Positions 1 through 9,677 of a stretch of 64,000 nt of DNA are shown here, piece by piece (positions within the stretch are counted from its first letter, which is position 1; each line of letters starts with the position of its first letter). Made by a program: the position numbers and the translations under genes. The notes below the pieces were generated by a model that was not told the DNA's origin, did not search any database, and was given only the letters and a program-made list of their open reading frames with translations. Source of the stretch: Candidatus Cloacimonadales bacterium (GTDB taxonomy: Bacteria; Cloacimonadota; Cloacimonadia; Cloacimonadales; JAFGVF01); contig CAXXJV010000001.1 of assembly GCA_963663475.2 (NCBI GenBank), positions 320,001 through 384,000 on the forward strand, read 5' to 3'.

Positions 1-1
1 T

Positions 2-724
2 GGTAAGATTGAGTTCAAAAATGTCTGGTTAGCCTATAATCCAGATGAATGGGTGCTTAAAGATGTATCTTTTACTATTAATCCTGGAGAAAAAGTTGCC
101 TTAGTTGGCCACACTGGTTCTGGTAAAACCTCCATAGTAAATCTCATTCTTGGTATGTACCCTTATCAAAAAGGGGAAATCTTAATTGATGATAAACCTC
201 TAGCTACTTATTCTTTACATGATATTAGACAGAATATAGGAATAGTTCAACAGGATGTCTTCTTATTCTCAGGTAATATCAAGGATAACATCTTACTTAA
301 TAATGAAAAATTAGATGATAATCGTATGATTGAAGTTGCTAAACACGTCAATGTCCATAGCTTTATTCAACAGCTACCTGGTAAATACTATGAACCTGTT
401 ATGGAAAGAGGTTCTACTTTCTCAGTTGGTCAGAGACAATTAATTGCCTTTGCTAGAGTCTTAGCCTATGACCCTTCTATCTTTATCCTAGATGAAGCTA
501 CTTCTAATATTGACACTGAAACTGAAATCCTAATTCAAGATGCACTTGAAAAAATTATGGAGAATAGAACTTCTATTATTATTGCTCATAGACTATCAAC
601 TATTCAGCATTCCGATCGTATTATTGTCCTTCATAAAGGCAGAATTATTGAAGAAGGAAATCATCAAGAATTATTGCGGAAGGAAGGTCTATATTACGAT
701 TTATATAGACTACAATATAGCTAA
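2..724 (+). CDS. ABC exporter ATP-binding/permease (MsbA/MdlB-like), 5'-truncated by window edge
   Basis: Frame open from base 2 (GKIEFKNVWLAY...). Walker A GHTGSGKT, signature FSVGQRQ, Walker B IFILDEATS, H-loop IAHRLST. Confidence 0.93.
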   Translation, partial: GKIEFKNVWLAYNPDEWVLKDVSFTINPGEKVALVGHTGSGKTSIVNLILGMYPYQKGEILIDDKPLATYSLHDIRQNIGIVQQDVFLFSGNIKDNILLNNEKLDDNRMIEVAKHVNVHSFIQQLPGKYYEPVMERGSTFSVGQRQLIAFARVLAYDPSIFILDEATSNIDTETEILIQDALEKIMENRTSIIIAHRLSTIQHSDRIIVLHKGRIIEEGNHQELLRKEGLYYDLYRLQYS

Positions 725-872
725 CTTAACTTGCATTTGAGTAAGGAGATAAAGCAACTTAGCTATTTATTAATGCAGAAATTTGAAAAAAAGTTAAAAA
801 AAGTTTGACATTTCGTCAAATTCTTGTAACTTGCCTTATAGATAAATACAATATAAATTTCTGGGAGGAAAT

Positions 873-3596
873 ATGAAAAAGAACTTGTTAATTGTACTTA
901 CTTTAATCTTATTAGTTAGTACATCTTTTGCTAACTCTTTTAGAGTAGCAGAAATGAACAACTCACAAACTTCAAGAGAAGATCGTTTTGAACAAATCTC
1001 TTGGATTGATGATTTTGAAGGTGAAGATAACTGGACTATAGTTGATGAAACTGCAGCTCCACAAGAATGGCACATATTCAACGAAGGCGGAACTTATGGT
1101 GACGTTTGGTGGATGGGTGGCGACAATGATGGTTATATTGATAACCTCTATTTAGTTCTTGATACACCAGCTATTAATGTTACTGCTGGTAACTCTACTT
1201 TAACTTTCGATTTAAACTACAACATGGAAGAACCAGGTGGAACTGGCGAATATAATGGTTGGGACGGTGCTAACTTACGTGTTTCAACAGACCAAGAAAA
1301 CTGGACAGTTTTAGATGGAAGCCCTGCTTATGATGCAACTTCAATGTTCTCATTTGGTGATATTCATGGTGAAGGTCCTAATGTTCCTGGTTGGGGTGGT
1401 TCTTCAAACGGTTGGACTACTGCTTCTTTTGATCTTTCAGCTTATGAAGGCCAAACAATCTATGTAAGATTTGCTTTTGCTTCTGACCCTGCTTATAATA
1501 CTGGTGATGATGAAGACATGTTTGGTATTAAAATTGATAACATCGCATTAGGTTCATTCACTAATAATGGTACTGCTGGCGATATGGTTGCTTCAAGTTT
1601 AGTTCCTCTAGGTGGAAACAACTGGAACTTAGCAGAAGTTACCAATGCTTTCTCAGGTACTCACGTTTATCAATTACAAAATGAAGCTGGTTCTTATGAT
1701 CCAAATCTTTTAAATGCTATCGTTTCTCCACTTATCACACTTCCTAGTGAAGGTGAAATCTTAGCTACATTCGAAATTATGGGTGCTTTCACAGATCCTG
1801 ATGCTGGTGGAGCTGTTTCTGCTCTTGACTACTGGGGATATGAAATTCAAATTGATGGTTCTAATGCCTGGTATGCAATGTCAAACCCATATGCTGATCC
1901 AAACGGTAACAACTATATCTATTCTGATGCTCCAGATGTATGGATGCCTGTTCATGAAGCTTATTCTTTAGAAGCAAGAATTGATGACTATGCAGGTGAA
2001 GATGTAAGATTCAAAATTTACTTCCGTTCAGATGATGATACTCCTGAAGGTTCAGGTATTATGGTTGATGACTTCAGAGTTACTACTGAAGTTTATCTTG
2101 CAGAAGCTTACAATTTACAAGCTGAAGTAATGGGTGAAGAAGTTCAATTAGATTGGGAACAACCACTTCAAATGACTGAAACTGATGTTGTTTGGACAAA
2201 CGGTTCATGGGTTAGCTATGTTAATGATGGCCAACCTTACGCTATCCTTGTAGAAAATACTGATTCATACGACAAACCTCTTTCAAAAATTGGTTTTAAT
2301 TTATATAATCAAGCTGGTGTTACTGGTTCAGCTATCGTTTATGCTTGGGAAAACTCAGCAGGCCTTCCTGGTGCAGAAATTGCCTCAGTTGATGGTATTA
2401 CTGGTATGGAATCTCAAACATGGATGAATGTTGATGTTATGTCAGAAAACATTATGGTTCCTGCAAACGGTTCTATCTTCGTTGGTGTTGGTGGATTTGA
2501 TGCTGGCGATCAAGGTCTTTTAGCTGATGATTCTTCAACTGCGGTTGGTTCTTATACATTTATTCAAGGCACATGGACTGCTATCAACGAAGCTTATAAC
2601 GGTCTTATGAATGTTGGTATCAAAGCTACTATTATGGAAAATGATCCAACTCTTCCTTCAGCTGATAGTTATAAAGTTTACCACTCAGAAGATGGTAGCA
2701 ACTATACCTTCTTAGCTGAAACTGCAGAAACTGAATACCTTCACACTTCACCAGTTCTTGGTGCTCTTAACTACTATAAAGTTACTTCACTATTCGGTAT
2801 TAACGAATCTCAAGGTGTTACAACTACAGCATTCTTATTACCTGGTGGACTTACTGAAGTTATGAACGATGATGGAACAGCTGAAGAAGGTGCTACTGCT
2901 GGTGTTAGTAATATTATGGGTGCTAAATTTGTCCATACACACGAAGCTACTTTACAGTACATCAAATTCTACATTCACACTATGAATTCTGCTAACATGT
3001 TATACAGAATCTACTCTGCTGAAAATGGAATGCCTAATGAAAACCTTGCTACTGCAGTTATTCAAAATGCAGACTTAGTTGAAGGTTGGAACACTATCGA
3101 ATTACAAAACGAATACCAATTTGAAAATGGTCAATTCTTTATTACTTTCGTTAATGTTAATAACGCACCAGTAATCGGTTTAGATACTAATAATGATGGT
3201 AACTACTACTTATCAACAGACCAAGGTGCATCTTGGGATGCTCAAACTGCTGGTAACTTGATGGTTAGAGCTTTAGTTGTTAACGGTCCTGTTGATAACT
3301 ATAATGAAGAAATTGCTCCAGTTCTTACTAATGTAGGTAACTATCCTAACCCATTCAACCCTGAAACTACTATCAGATTCAACATGTCAAAAGCTGGAAA
3401 AGCTAATGTTGCTATTTACAACCTTAAAGGTCAGTTAGTTAAAACTATCCTTAATGGTGATGTTACTGCTGGTAATAAAGAAGTTGTTTGGAATGGTACA
3501 GATGCACAAAATAATAGTGTTGCTTCAGGTGTTTACTTCTTCAGAGTAAAAACTGATAACCAAACTATCAATAAGAAAATGGTTCTTCAAAAATAA
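873..3596 (+). CDS. Large acidic secreted protein: tandem InhA/MAM-like jelly-roll domains, FN3-like segments, C-terminal FlgD-Ig/T9SS-type sorting domain
   Basis: Signal peptide; GWDGANLRVS and FDLSAYEGQTIYVRFAFASD motifs; C-terminus NYPNPFNPETTIRF...SGVYFFRV...KKMVLQK; RBS GGAGG upstream. Confidence 0.85.
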   Translation: MKKNLLIVLTLILLVSTSFANSFRVAEMNNSQTSREDRFEQISWIDDFEGEDNWTIVDETAAPQEWHIFNEGGTYGDVWWMGGDNDGYIDNLYLVLDTPAINVTAGNSTLTFDLNYNMEEPGGTGEYNGWDGANLRVSTDQENWTVLDGSPAYDATSMFSFGDIHGEGPNVPGWGGSSNGWTTASFDLSAYEGQTIYVRFAFASDPAYNTGDDEDMFGIKIDNIALGSFTNNGTAGDMVASSLVPLGGNNWNLAEVTNAFSGTHVYQLQNEAGSYDPNLLNAIVSPLITLPSEGEILATFEIMGAFTDPDAGGAVSALDYWGYEIQIDGSNAWYAMSNPYADPNGNNYIYSDAPDVWMPVHEAYSLEARIDDYAGEDVRFKIYFRSDDDTPEGSGIMVDDFRVTTEVYLAEAYNLQAEVMGEEVQLDWEQPLQMTETDVVWTNGSWVSYVNDGQPYAILVENTDSYDKPLSKIGFNLYNQAGVTGSAIVYAWENSAGLPGAEIASVDGITGMESQTWMNVDVMSENIMVPANGSIFVGVGGFDAGDQGLLADDSSTAVGSYTFIQGTWTAINEAYNGLMNVGIKATIMENDPTLPSADSYKVYHSEDGSNYTFLAETAETEYLHTSPVLGALNYYKVTSLFGINESQGVTTTAFLLPGGLTEVMNDDGTAEEGATAGVSNIMGAKFVHTHEATLQYIKFYIHTMNSANMLYRIYSAENGMPNENLATAVIQNADLVEGWNTIELQNEYQFENGQFFITFVNVNNAPVIGLDTNNDGNYYLSTDQGASWDAQTAGNLMVRALVVNGPVDNYNEEIAPVLTNVGNYPNPFNPETTIRFNMSKAGKANVAIYNLKGQLVKTILNGDVTAGNKEVVWNGTDAQNNSVASGVYFFRVKTDNQTINKKMVLQK

Positions 3597-3616
3597 GAAG
3601 ATACTATAAATAAATT

Positions 3617-3649
3617 AAAGAGGCTGAGAAATCAGCCTCTTTTTTTTTT
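3617..3649 (+). terminator. Intrinsic terminator
   Basis: AAAGAGGCTGA-GAAA-TCAGCCTCTTT followed by a long T run, just after the stop codon. Confidence 0.9.
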
Positions 3650-3697
3650 GTTATGTTGCTGTGTGGAAAACTTTATCGGTTTTGTCGGAGGGTAGAC

Positions 3698-3821
3698 AGC
3701 AACTAACTGGGAAAGCGGGTATCCTTACCCGCACCACACACAGAAAGTGTGTGGATAATCTTATAAGTCCAGCACTTGTGCTGGACACGGGCAAGGATGC
3801 CCGTATTCCCAGTTAATTGCT
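3698..3821. repeat. REP doublet (REPIN-like) of the CTGGGA/'caaggatg' family with internal hairpins
   Basis: Outer IR AGCAACTAACTGGGAA / TTCCCAGTTAATTGCT. Palindromes GCGGGTATCCTTACCCGC, CCACACACAGAAAGTGTGTGG, GTCCAGCACTTGTGCTGGAC, ACGGGCAAGGATGCCCGT. Confidence 0.75.
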
Positions 3822-3844
3822 AAGCTGAACTTACTAGTAAAAGC

Positions 3845-3873
3845 AAAAGAGGTGCTAAAATAGCACCTCTTTT
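3845..3873 (-). terminator. Intrinsic terminator of frr (possibly bidirectional)
   Basis: AAAAGAGGTGCTA-AAA-TAGCACCTCTTTT. Confidence 0.85.
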
Positions 3874-3896
3874 AATATATAATCAGATATTAAGAA

Positions 3897-4451
3897 CTAA
3901 ACGCTCAAAACATCCTTTTCTTTATTTACGATAGTTTGATCAATTTCTTTAATCCACTTATCAGTTTTTTCTTGAATATCTTTAAGAAGTTTTGCTTCAT
4001 CATCTTCAGAGATTTCAGAGTTTTTCTTCATCTTTTTAGCTTGATCATTAGCATCTCTTCTCACGTTACGAACAGCAATTTTAGCATCTTCTCCTAGCTT
4101 TTTAACTTGCTTAACAATTTCTTTTCTTTTATCTTCAGTCAGAGCCTGGAAAGGTAATCTAATAACATTACCATCATTATCAGGTGTAACGCCGATATTA
4201 GCAGCAAGAATAGCTTTTTCTACTTCAGCAAGTATAGTTTTATCCCAAGGTTGAATCACGATTGTACGAGCTTCTGGGACTGTTATATTGCCAAGTTGCT
4301 TTATAGGAGTAGGAGTACCATAGTAGTCAATTCTAATATCATCTAAAACAGCAGGTGAAGCCTTACCTGTTCTGAGTTTACTAAAATTTCTACCAAGAGC
4401 ATCAAGAGCTAACTTCATATTTTCTTCAACATTTTTCAATAATTCTTGCAT
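3897..4451 (-). CDS. frr: Ribosome recycling factor
   Basis: LRTGKASP, IDYYGTPTP, AVRNVRRDAN motifs; follows pyrH. Confidence 0.98.
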   Translation of the reverse strand: MQELLKNVEENMKLALDALGRNFSKLRTGKASPAVLDDIRIDYYGTPTPIKQLGNITVPEARTIVIQPWDKTILAEVEKAILAANIGVTPDNDGNVIRLPFQALTEDKRKEIVKQVKKLGEDAKIAVRNVRRDANDQAKKMKKNSEISEDDEAKLLKDIQEKTDKWIKEIDQTIVNKEKDVLSV

Positions 4452-4468
4452 GATTGACCTCTCAATAT

Positions 4469-5209
4469 TTATGAGTTACTTAAATCATTTCCAACAAAAG
4501 TGCCAACATTAACATCAGCAATAGCTTTTGCTAGATTTCCGGGTACAGATAAATCAAATACTTTGATAGGAATATTATTCTCTTTAGCCAAAGCGAATGC
4601 TGTCATATCCATAACATTAAGTTGTCTATGGATAGCATCTGCAAAGGTTATTTCAGGAATAAATTCAGCATCAGAGTATTTTACTGGGTCTTTAGTAAAC
4701 ACTCCAGCCACCTTAGTACCTTTAAGAACTAAGTCAGCTTGCATTTCAGCAGCACGAAGGACAACAGCAGTATCGGTAGTGAAATAGGGATTACCTGTTC
4801 CACCACAGAGGAAGACTATTTTACCTTCTTTCATAGACTGAATGGCTCTGGTAGGAGTATAGAATTTAGCTATCTTTTCAGCTTTGACTGCACTAAGAAC
4901 TTCTGTTGAGTAATTTTTGATTTTCAATACTTCTGCAAGGTATAAAGCATTTTGAATAGTAGCCATCATTCCAATATTATCTAATGTCACTCTATTCATT
5001 TTAGCATTGGACCAAGATCCACCGCGGAAGATATTTCCACCACCAAGTACAATACCAACACTATATCCTAATCGTTTAACTTCGATAATGTCATTAGTAA
5101 TACGATCAATAAGAGTTTCATCGAAACCAAATCCTTTTTCTCCTGCGAGAAATTCGCCACTTAGTTTAATAATAACTCTATTGATTTTTTCGGGATGATA
5201 AGGACTCAT
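4469..5209 (-). CDS. pyrH: UMP kinase
   Basis: IKLSGE, GGGNIFRG, GTGNPYFTTDT motifs; tsf-pyrH-frr synteny. Confidence 0.98.
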   Translation of the reverse strand: MSPYHPEKINRVIIKLSGEFLAGEKGFGFDETLIDRITNDIIEVKRLGYSVGIVLGGGNIFRGGSWSNAKMNRVTLDNIGMMATIQNALYLAEVLKIKNYSTEVLSAVKAEKIAKFYTPTRAIQSMKEGKIVFLCGGTGNPYFTTDTAVVLRAAEMQADLVLKGTKVAGVFTKDPVKYSDAEFIPEITFADAIHRQLNVMDMTAFALAKENNIPIKVFDLSVPGNLAKAIADVNVGTFVGNDLSNS

Positions 5210-5227
5210 ATACTTAATCCCTGGCTA

Positions 5228-5818
5228 TTAGATACTATATCTTGTAAATCTAGCTACTTGGATATTTTCTCCAAGTTTAAAGATAGCTTCTTTGATAACA
5301 GTATTAACATCTTTAGAAGGATCTTTGATAAATTCTTGGAAATAAAGAGTATTAGTTTTTCCAAATTTTTCAATCACACCATTAACAATCTTTTCAATAA
5401 TTTTTTCTGGTTTTCCTTCTTGGATAGCTTTATTTTTAGCAATTTCTTTTTCGCTTTCAATTAATTGAGGATCAATATCTTCAGGTCTGAGAGCGATAGG
5501 ATCTGTAGCTGCAATTTGCATAGCTATATCTTTGCAAAGATCTTTGAAATCATCTGTATTTGCCACGAAGTCTGTTTCACAGTTAACTTCTACAAGCACA
5601 CCGATTTTGCCATTTCCATGGATATAAGAATAAACTAATCCTTCTTTTGTGTCTCTATCGTTCTTTGATTCAGCTTTAGCCATTCCTCTTTCACGAAGAA
5701 ATTTTACTGCTTGATCTACATCACCGTCAGTCTCTTTAAGAGCTTTTTTGCAATCCATCATAGCTACGCCTGTTTTTTGACGTAATTCTTTTACCATTGC
5801 TGCAGTAATTGTTGCCAT
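5228..5818 (-). CDS. tsf: Elongation factor Ts (short form)
   Basis: VKELRQKTGVAMMDCKKAL, EVNCETDFVA; 196 aa. Confidence 0.98.
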   Translation of the reverse strand: MATITAAMVKELRQKTGVAMMDCKKALKETDGDVDQAVKFLRERGMAKAESKNDRDTKEGLVYSYIHGNGKIGVLVEVNCETDFVANTDDFKDLCKDIAMQIAATDPIALRPEDIDPQLIESEKEIAKNKAIQEGKPEKIIEKIVNGVIEKFGKTNTLYFQEFIKDPSKDVNTVIKEAIFKLGENIQVARFTRYSI

Positions 5819-5875
5819 AATTAACTCCTTTCTATAACTTAGGTCTCTTTTAAGAGCCTAAATCTAATTTTGATT

Positions 5876-5905
5876 AAAAAAAAGTTCCCGAATAAATCGG
5901 GAACT
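5876..5905 (-). terminator. Terminator/attenuator between rpsB and tsf
   Basis: AGTTCCCGA-ATAAA-TCGGGAACT stem; the A8 run on + gives a U tract on the minus strand. Confidence 0.7.
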
Positions 5906-5917
5906 ACCAATTTATTC

Positions 5918-6718
5918 TTATTCTTTATTTTCTGCTTGAGTTTCTGCTTGTTCTTTAACTTCAGTTTTTTCTTCTGAACCTTCTTCAACAAGCTGATTTT
6001 CTTCGGTTACTTTAGTTTCTACATTACCTTCTTCAAGGATATTTCTACCTTCGATAACAGCATTAGCCATGATATCTGAAATTAATGAGATAGCTCTAAT
6101 AGCATCATCATTAGAAGGAATTACAAAATCAATCTTATCAGGATCGCAATTTGTATCAACCATACCGATTAATGGAATATTAAGTTTCTTTGCTTCGTGG
6201 ATAGCAATAGCTTCTTGTTTAGTATCAACAACAAAAATTGCGCCAGGAACTTTTTCCATATCACGAATACCACCAAGACCACTTTCGATCTTGTCGTGCA
6301 TTCTTTTCATCTTTAAAGCTTCTAATTTAGTATAATTAGCTATGCTTCCATCTTCAGTAATTTGCTCATACTGTTTCATTTTTTCAATTGATTGGCGGAT
6401 AGTTTTCATATTAGTAAGCATTCCACCATACCAACGGTTATTTACATAAAATACACCAGCTTTTTCAGCTGCTTCTTTTATAGCATCTACAGCCTGTTTT
6501 TTAGTTCCTACAAATAATATTTCTTCACCACGACTGGCGACATCTTTAAGGAACTGATATGCTTCATTAATAGCATCTACAGTCTGTTTTAAATCTAATA
6601 TATGGATACCATTTCTTTTAATGAAGATATATTTCTTCATCTTAGGGTTCCATTTATGAGTCTGATGACCAAAGTGTACACCAGCTTCAAGTAGTTGTTT
6701 CATTGTTACAACTGACAT
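5918..6718 (-). CDS. rpsB: 30S ribosomal protein S2
   Basis: [27 protein letters not shown] motifs. Confidence 0.99.
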   Translation of the reverse strand: MSVVTMKQLLEAGVHFGHQTHKWNPKMKKYIFIKRNGIHILDLKQTVDAINEAYQFLKDVASRGEEILFVGTKKQAVDAIKEAAEKAGVFYVNNRWYGGMLTNMKTIRQSIEKMKQYEQITEDGSIANYTKLEALKMKRMHDKIESGLGGIRDMEKVPGAIFVVDTKQEAIAIHEAKKLNIPLIGMVDTNCDPDKIDFVIPSNDDAIRAISLISDIMANAVIEGRNILEEGNVETKVTEENQLVEEGSEEKTEVKEQAETQAENKE

Positions 6719-6734
6719 TAAATTACTCCTCTTG

Positions 6735-6825
6735 TTACGGTTAATTTTCTGCTTAAAATCTACGCAATTCAGTCTATTATCTTATAGAAAATAATAGACA
6801 CCGCCTTGCAACTTCTAAGCAGCTT
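6735..6825 (-). ncRNA. rpsB (S2) autoregulatory leader RNA
   Basis: On the minus strand: outer stem CTGCTTA/TAAGCAG, inner stem GTCTATTAT/ATAATAGAC, and a bulged CGGT that can pair with AACCG just before the RBS. This matches the pseudoknot layout of the S2 leader. Confidence 0.7.
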
Positions 6826-6854
6826 TCTTGATAATCTGTAAAAAATAATAGAGA

Positions 6855-7241
6855 TTAACGTTTTGAGAACTGGAATCTTTTTCTTGCTTTTGGGCGACCT
6901 GGTTTCTTTCTTTCGACCATTCTTGGGTCACGAGTAAGAAAACCATTCTTTTTAAGATCAGCTTTTAAAGATTCATCATAGATAACTAAGGCTCTTGAAA
7001 CACCATGTCTGATAGCACCAGCTTGACCTGATAATCCACCACCAATAACATTAACCTTAAGGTCAAGTTTGTCTGATAAACCGGAAACTTCAAATGGTTG
7101 TTCCACAACCATCTCAAGAACTTCTCTTTGAAGGTAATCTTTCATAAGCTTACCATTGATAATTCTTTTTCCTGTTCCAGGGGTGATTCTCACACGTGCT
7201 ACAGCATTTTTTCTTCTGCCTGTTGCGTCGAAATACTGCAT
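6855..7241 (-). CDS. rpsI: 30S ribosomal protein S9
   Basis: [31 protein letters not shown]-terminus. Confidence 0.99.
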   Translation of the reverse strand: MQYFDATGRRKNAVARVRITPGTGKRIINGKLMKDYLQREVLEMVVEQPFEVSGLSDKLDLKVNVIGGGLSGQAGAIRHGVSRALVIYDESLKADLKKNGFLTRDPRMVERKKPGRPKARKRFQFSKR

Positions 7242-7255
7242 TAATTTCTCCTAAA

Positions 7256-7678
7256 CTATAAAGTCTTTGGTTGTTGAGCTGTATGAGGATGTTCAGTTCC
7301 AGCATACACCTTCAATTTCTTAAACATTTGTCTGCCAAGGGTGTTTTTAGGTAACATACCTTTAACAGCACTTCTAATAATTTCTTCTGGTTTAGAGTCT
7401 AACATTCTTTTGAAGCTAACTTCTCTTAAACCACTTGGATAGCCACTGAAGTTCTGATACACTTTATAATCTGCTTTGGTACCAGTTACTCCAACTTTCT
7501 CTGCATTAATAACAACCACATAATCACCACAATCTAAGTTTGTAGCAAAGTAAGGCTTGTTTTTTCCGCGGAGAATGGAAGCTATTTTAGTAGCAATACG
7601 ACCTAAAGTTTGACCTTCAGCATCGATAACATACCAATCCCTTTGGATCTGATCCGGGGTGGGAGTTAAAGTCTTCAT
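7256..7678 (-). CDS. rplM: 50S ribosomal protein L13
   Basis: [29 protein letters not shown] motifs. Confidence 0.99.
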   Translation of the reverse strand: MKTLTPTPDQIQRDWYVIDAEGQTLGRIATKIASILRGKNKPYFATNLDCGDYVVVINAEKVGVTGTKADYKVYQNFSGYPSGLREVSFKRMLDSKPEEIIRSAVKGMLPKNTLGRQMFKKLKVYAGTEHPHTAQQPKTL

Positions 7679-7933
7679 CCTTTCTCCTTTTCTTTTTACT
7701 TATTTCTAAGTTAATTCACTTTTTTCTAAAGAGTTATAAATAAAACTCCTTTAGCGTAACAAAATATTTATGATAGCCTATATATGTCAAGACTTTTATT
7801 CTTTTCTTTTGATTAAGTAGGTCATTCTTATCCCAAGTCCTACTGTTGAAGTTTAGAGATACTGGGATAATTTCCAGTAAAATCCAGGCTAGAAAAATTA
7901 AAGCAAGTATTTGCCTTGGGAAAATCCTTGTAG

Positions 7934-8012
7934 CATCACTTACCCTTCCTTTACAGTCTTTCGATGAAAGTCCGTGTTTCATCGAAAGACTGTAAAGGAA
8001 GGGTAAGTGATG
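7934..8012. repeat. Perfect 36-bp-stem hairpin (copy 1 of 2)
   Basis: CATCACTTACCCTTCCTTTACAGTCTTTCGATGAAA, loop GTCCGTG, then the exact reverse complement. Homolog at 38686-38762. Confidence 0.95.
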
Positions 8013-8108
8013 ACTAGGGGATAAAAGCATGTTGTAGAATGGAACAATCCCCTTTCTGTGTCGTTCCATAAAAGTGGACTAGATAATTAAACAAACTAGG
8101 AGCTTGAA

Positions 8109-8501
8109 ATGGAAAGAAAAAAGAATATGACTCATAAGATTCAAAAGACCTATAGTGAAAGTTTTAAAATTAAAGTTGTTGACGAAATAGAGAAGGGAGA
8201 TTTAACTCAAGCTGGAGCTTGTAGACTTTACAATATTTCAGATAGCAATGTGAGTAGATGGGTTGCCAATTATGGTATGAATGAACGAGTGGGAAAAAAG
8301 GTGGTAGTTATGACCGATAGAGAAATACGTGAATCTGACCTTTTAAGGAAAGAGAATAAGCAGTTAAAACGAGCATTAGAAGATAGTCAGTTCTCCAACG
8401 AAGTTCTAGAGAAATATATTCATTATATTGCAGAACAAAATGGTATTGATTTAAAAACAAGATCGATTCAGGTTTATCAGAAGATACTCAGAAACTCTTG
8501 A
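8109..8501 (+). CDS. IS3-family transposase OrfA (HTH + coiled coil)
   Basis: YSESFKIKVV...ACRLYNIS...VSRWV HTH followed by an LRKENKQLKRAL leucine zipper. Confidence 0.9.
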   Translation: MERKKNMTHKIQKTYSESFKIKVVDEIEKGDLTQAGACRLYNISDSNVSRWVANYGMNERVGKKVVVMTDREIRESDLLRKENKQLKRALEDSQFSNEVLEKYIHYIAEQNGIDLKTRSIQVYQKILRNS

Positions 8502-9321
8502 TTTCAAGGTTGCTAAAAGGTCAGGAATAAGCCAAATGTGTAGTTTATTACAAGTATCTAAATCAGGTTACTATAAATATCTTCAAACTGTCTCCCAGAG
8601 TTCTACAAATGACTCCCTATGTCTCTCCAGAGTTAAACAATATAGAAAAATTCAGCCTTATTCAGGCACTTATAAATGTTGGAAAATGCTACATAATGAT
8701 GGTTTTAAAATTGGGAGAAATCATCTTAACTGCCTGCTTAAAGAACATAATATGTTGATCAGGAAGAAGAAGAAATATTGCAAAACTTCAATATCAGATG
8801 GTAGTAAGGTATATCCTAATTTACTTAAAGATACCGAAGTAAAGAGGAAAAATCAAGTTTGGGTAACTGATATTACTTATATTTCTAAAGGCAAAGGGTT
8901 TTATTATTTGTTTTTGCTAAGTGATATGTATACTAGACAGATATTGGATTATGAAGTTTCTTCTAATATGTTGACTGATAATCATATAAGGATGTTAAAA
9001 AGACAGCTAAACCATGTTGATAATGCTAACGATCTTGTTCATCATTCAGATCATGGTTCTCAATATACAAGTAATGAGACTATTAGCCTTCTGAAAAAGC
9101 ATGGTATAAAGATTAGTATGACTGGTGATGGTAAATGCTATGATAACCCTATTGCTGAAAGAATAAACTGCACAATGAAGCATGAATTTGGTTTAAATCG
9201 GACATTTAGCACTATAGAAAGTCTTAAAAAAGCTACTAAAGATGCAGTAATGATCTATAACTCTCAGAGACTTCACAAAAGTTTGGGGTATTTTACTCCA
9301 AATGATTTTGCAAATCATTAA
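8455..9321 (+). CDS. IS3-family transposase OrfB (DDE/rve integrase core); frame open from 8455, first ATG at 8536
   Basis: MCSLLQVSKSGYY, NQVWVTDITY, HHSDHGSQY, CYDNPIAER, YNSQRLHKSLGYFTP motifs. Confidence 0.93.
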   Translation, partial: KQDRFRFIRRYSETLDFKVAKRSGISQMCSLLQVSKSGYYKYLQTVSQSSTNDSLCLSRVKQYRKIQPYSGTYKCWKMLHNDGFKIGRNHLNCLLKEHNMLIRKKKKYCKTSISDGSKVYPNLLKDTEVKRKNQVWVTDITYISKGKGFYYLFLLSDMYTRQILDYEVSSNMLTDNHIRMLKRQLNHVDNANDLVHHSDHGSQYTSNETISLLKKHGIKISMTGDGKCYDNPIAERINCTMKHEFGLNRTFSTIESLKKATKDAVMIYNSQRLHKSLGYFTPNDFANH

Positions 9322-9677
9322 AAGAGGTTACCAGATGATGAACAGATACTTAGCTGAATGTATTTTCTTTTGGAAAATGCGACTAAATTACGAATGCAAA
9401 ATGGAGTCGACAACAGAACTCAAAAGTATGAGTAAATGTCTCATTTTTCAAAAGAGATACATGACTCAGGATACATAAAAAAGGTGTCCACTATATTGGT
9501 ACTTGACATTCGCTAAAAGTGAAAAATGAAAGAGCTTTTACTCAAAGAGAGAGACATTAATATCGGTGTTTTCAGTGTTTTCGGTGGCAATTTTCTTCCT
9601 TCTTCCTTCCCTTTTCTTAAAAACTCTGTGTTAAGGATTTTAAGATATTGATTATTAGTGTTAATTTGTGTTTATTA

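Larger units (their letters stand above)
8057..9508 (+). mobile_element. IS3-family insertion sequence
   Basis: TG...CA ends. Imperfect IRs TGTGTCGTTCCATAAAAGTGGAC vs (rc) TGTCAAGTACCAATATAGTGGAC (16/23). 3-bp TSD TTC on both sides. Contains orfA and orfB. Confidence 0.9.

Noticed and set aside
5228-5818. Truncated EF-Ts
   Set aside because: Short (~200 aa) EF-Ts forms are known in several phyla; the motifs and both ends look intact.
7734-8069. 111-aa ORF upstream of rplM
   Set aside because: It spans the palindrome, the promoter region and the IS left end; no recognisable protein features.
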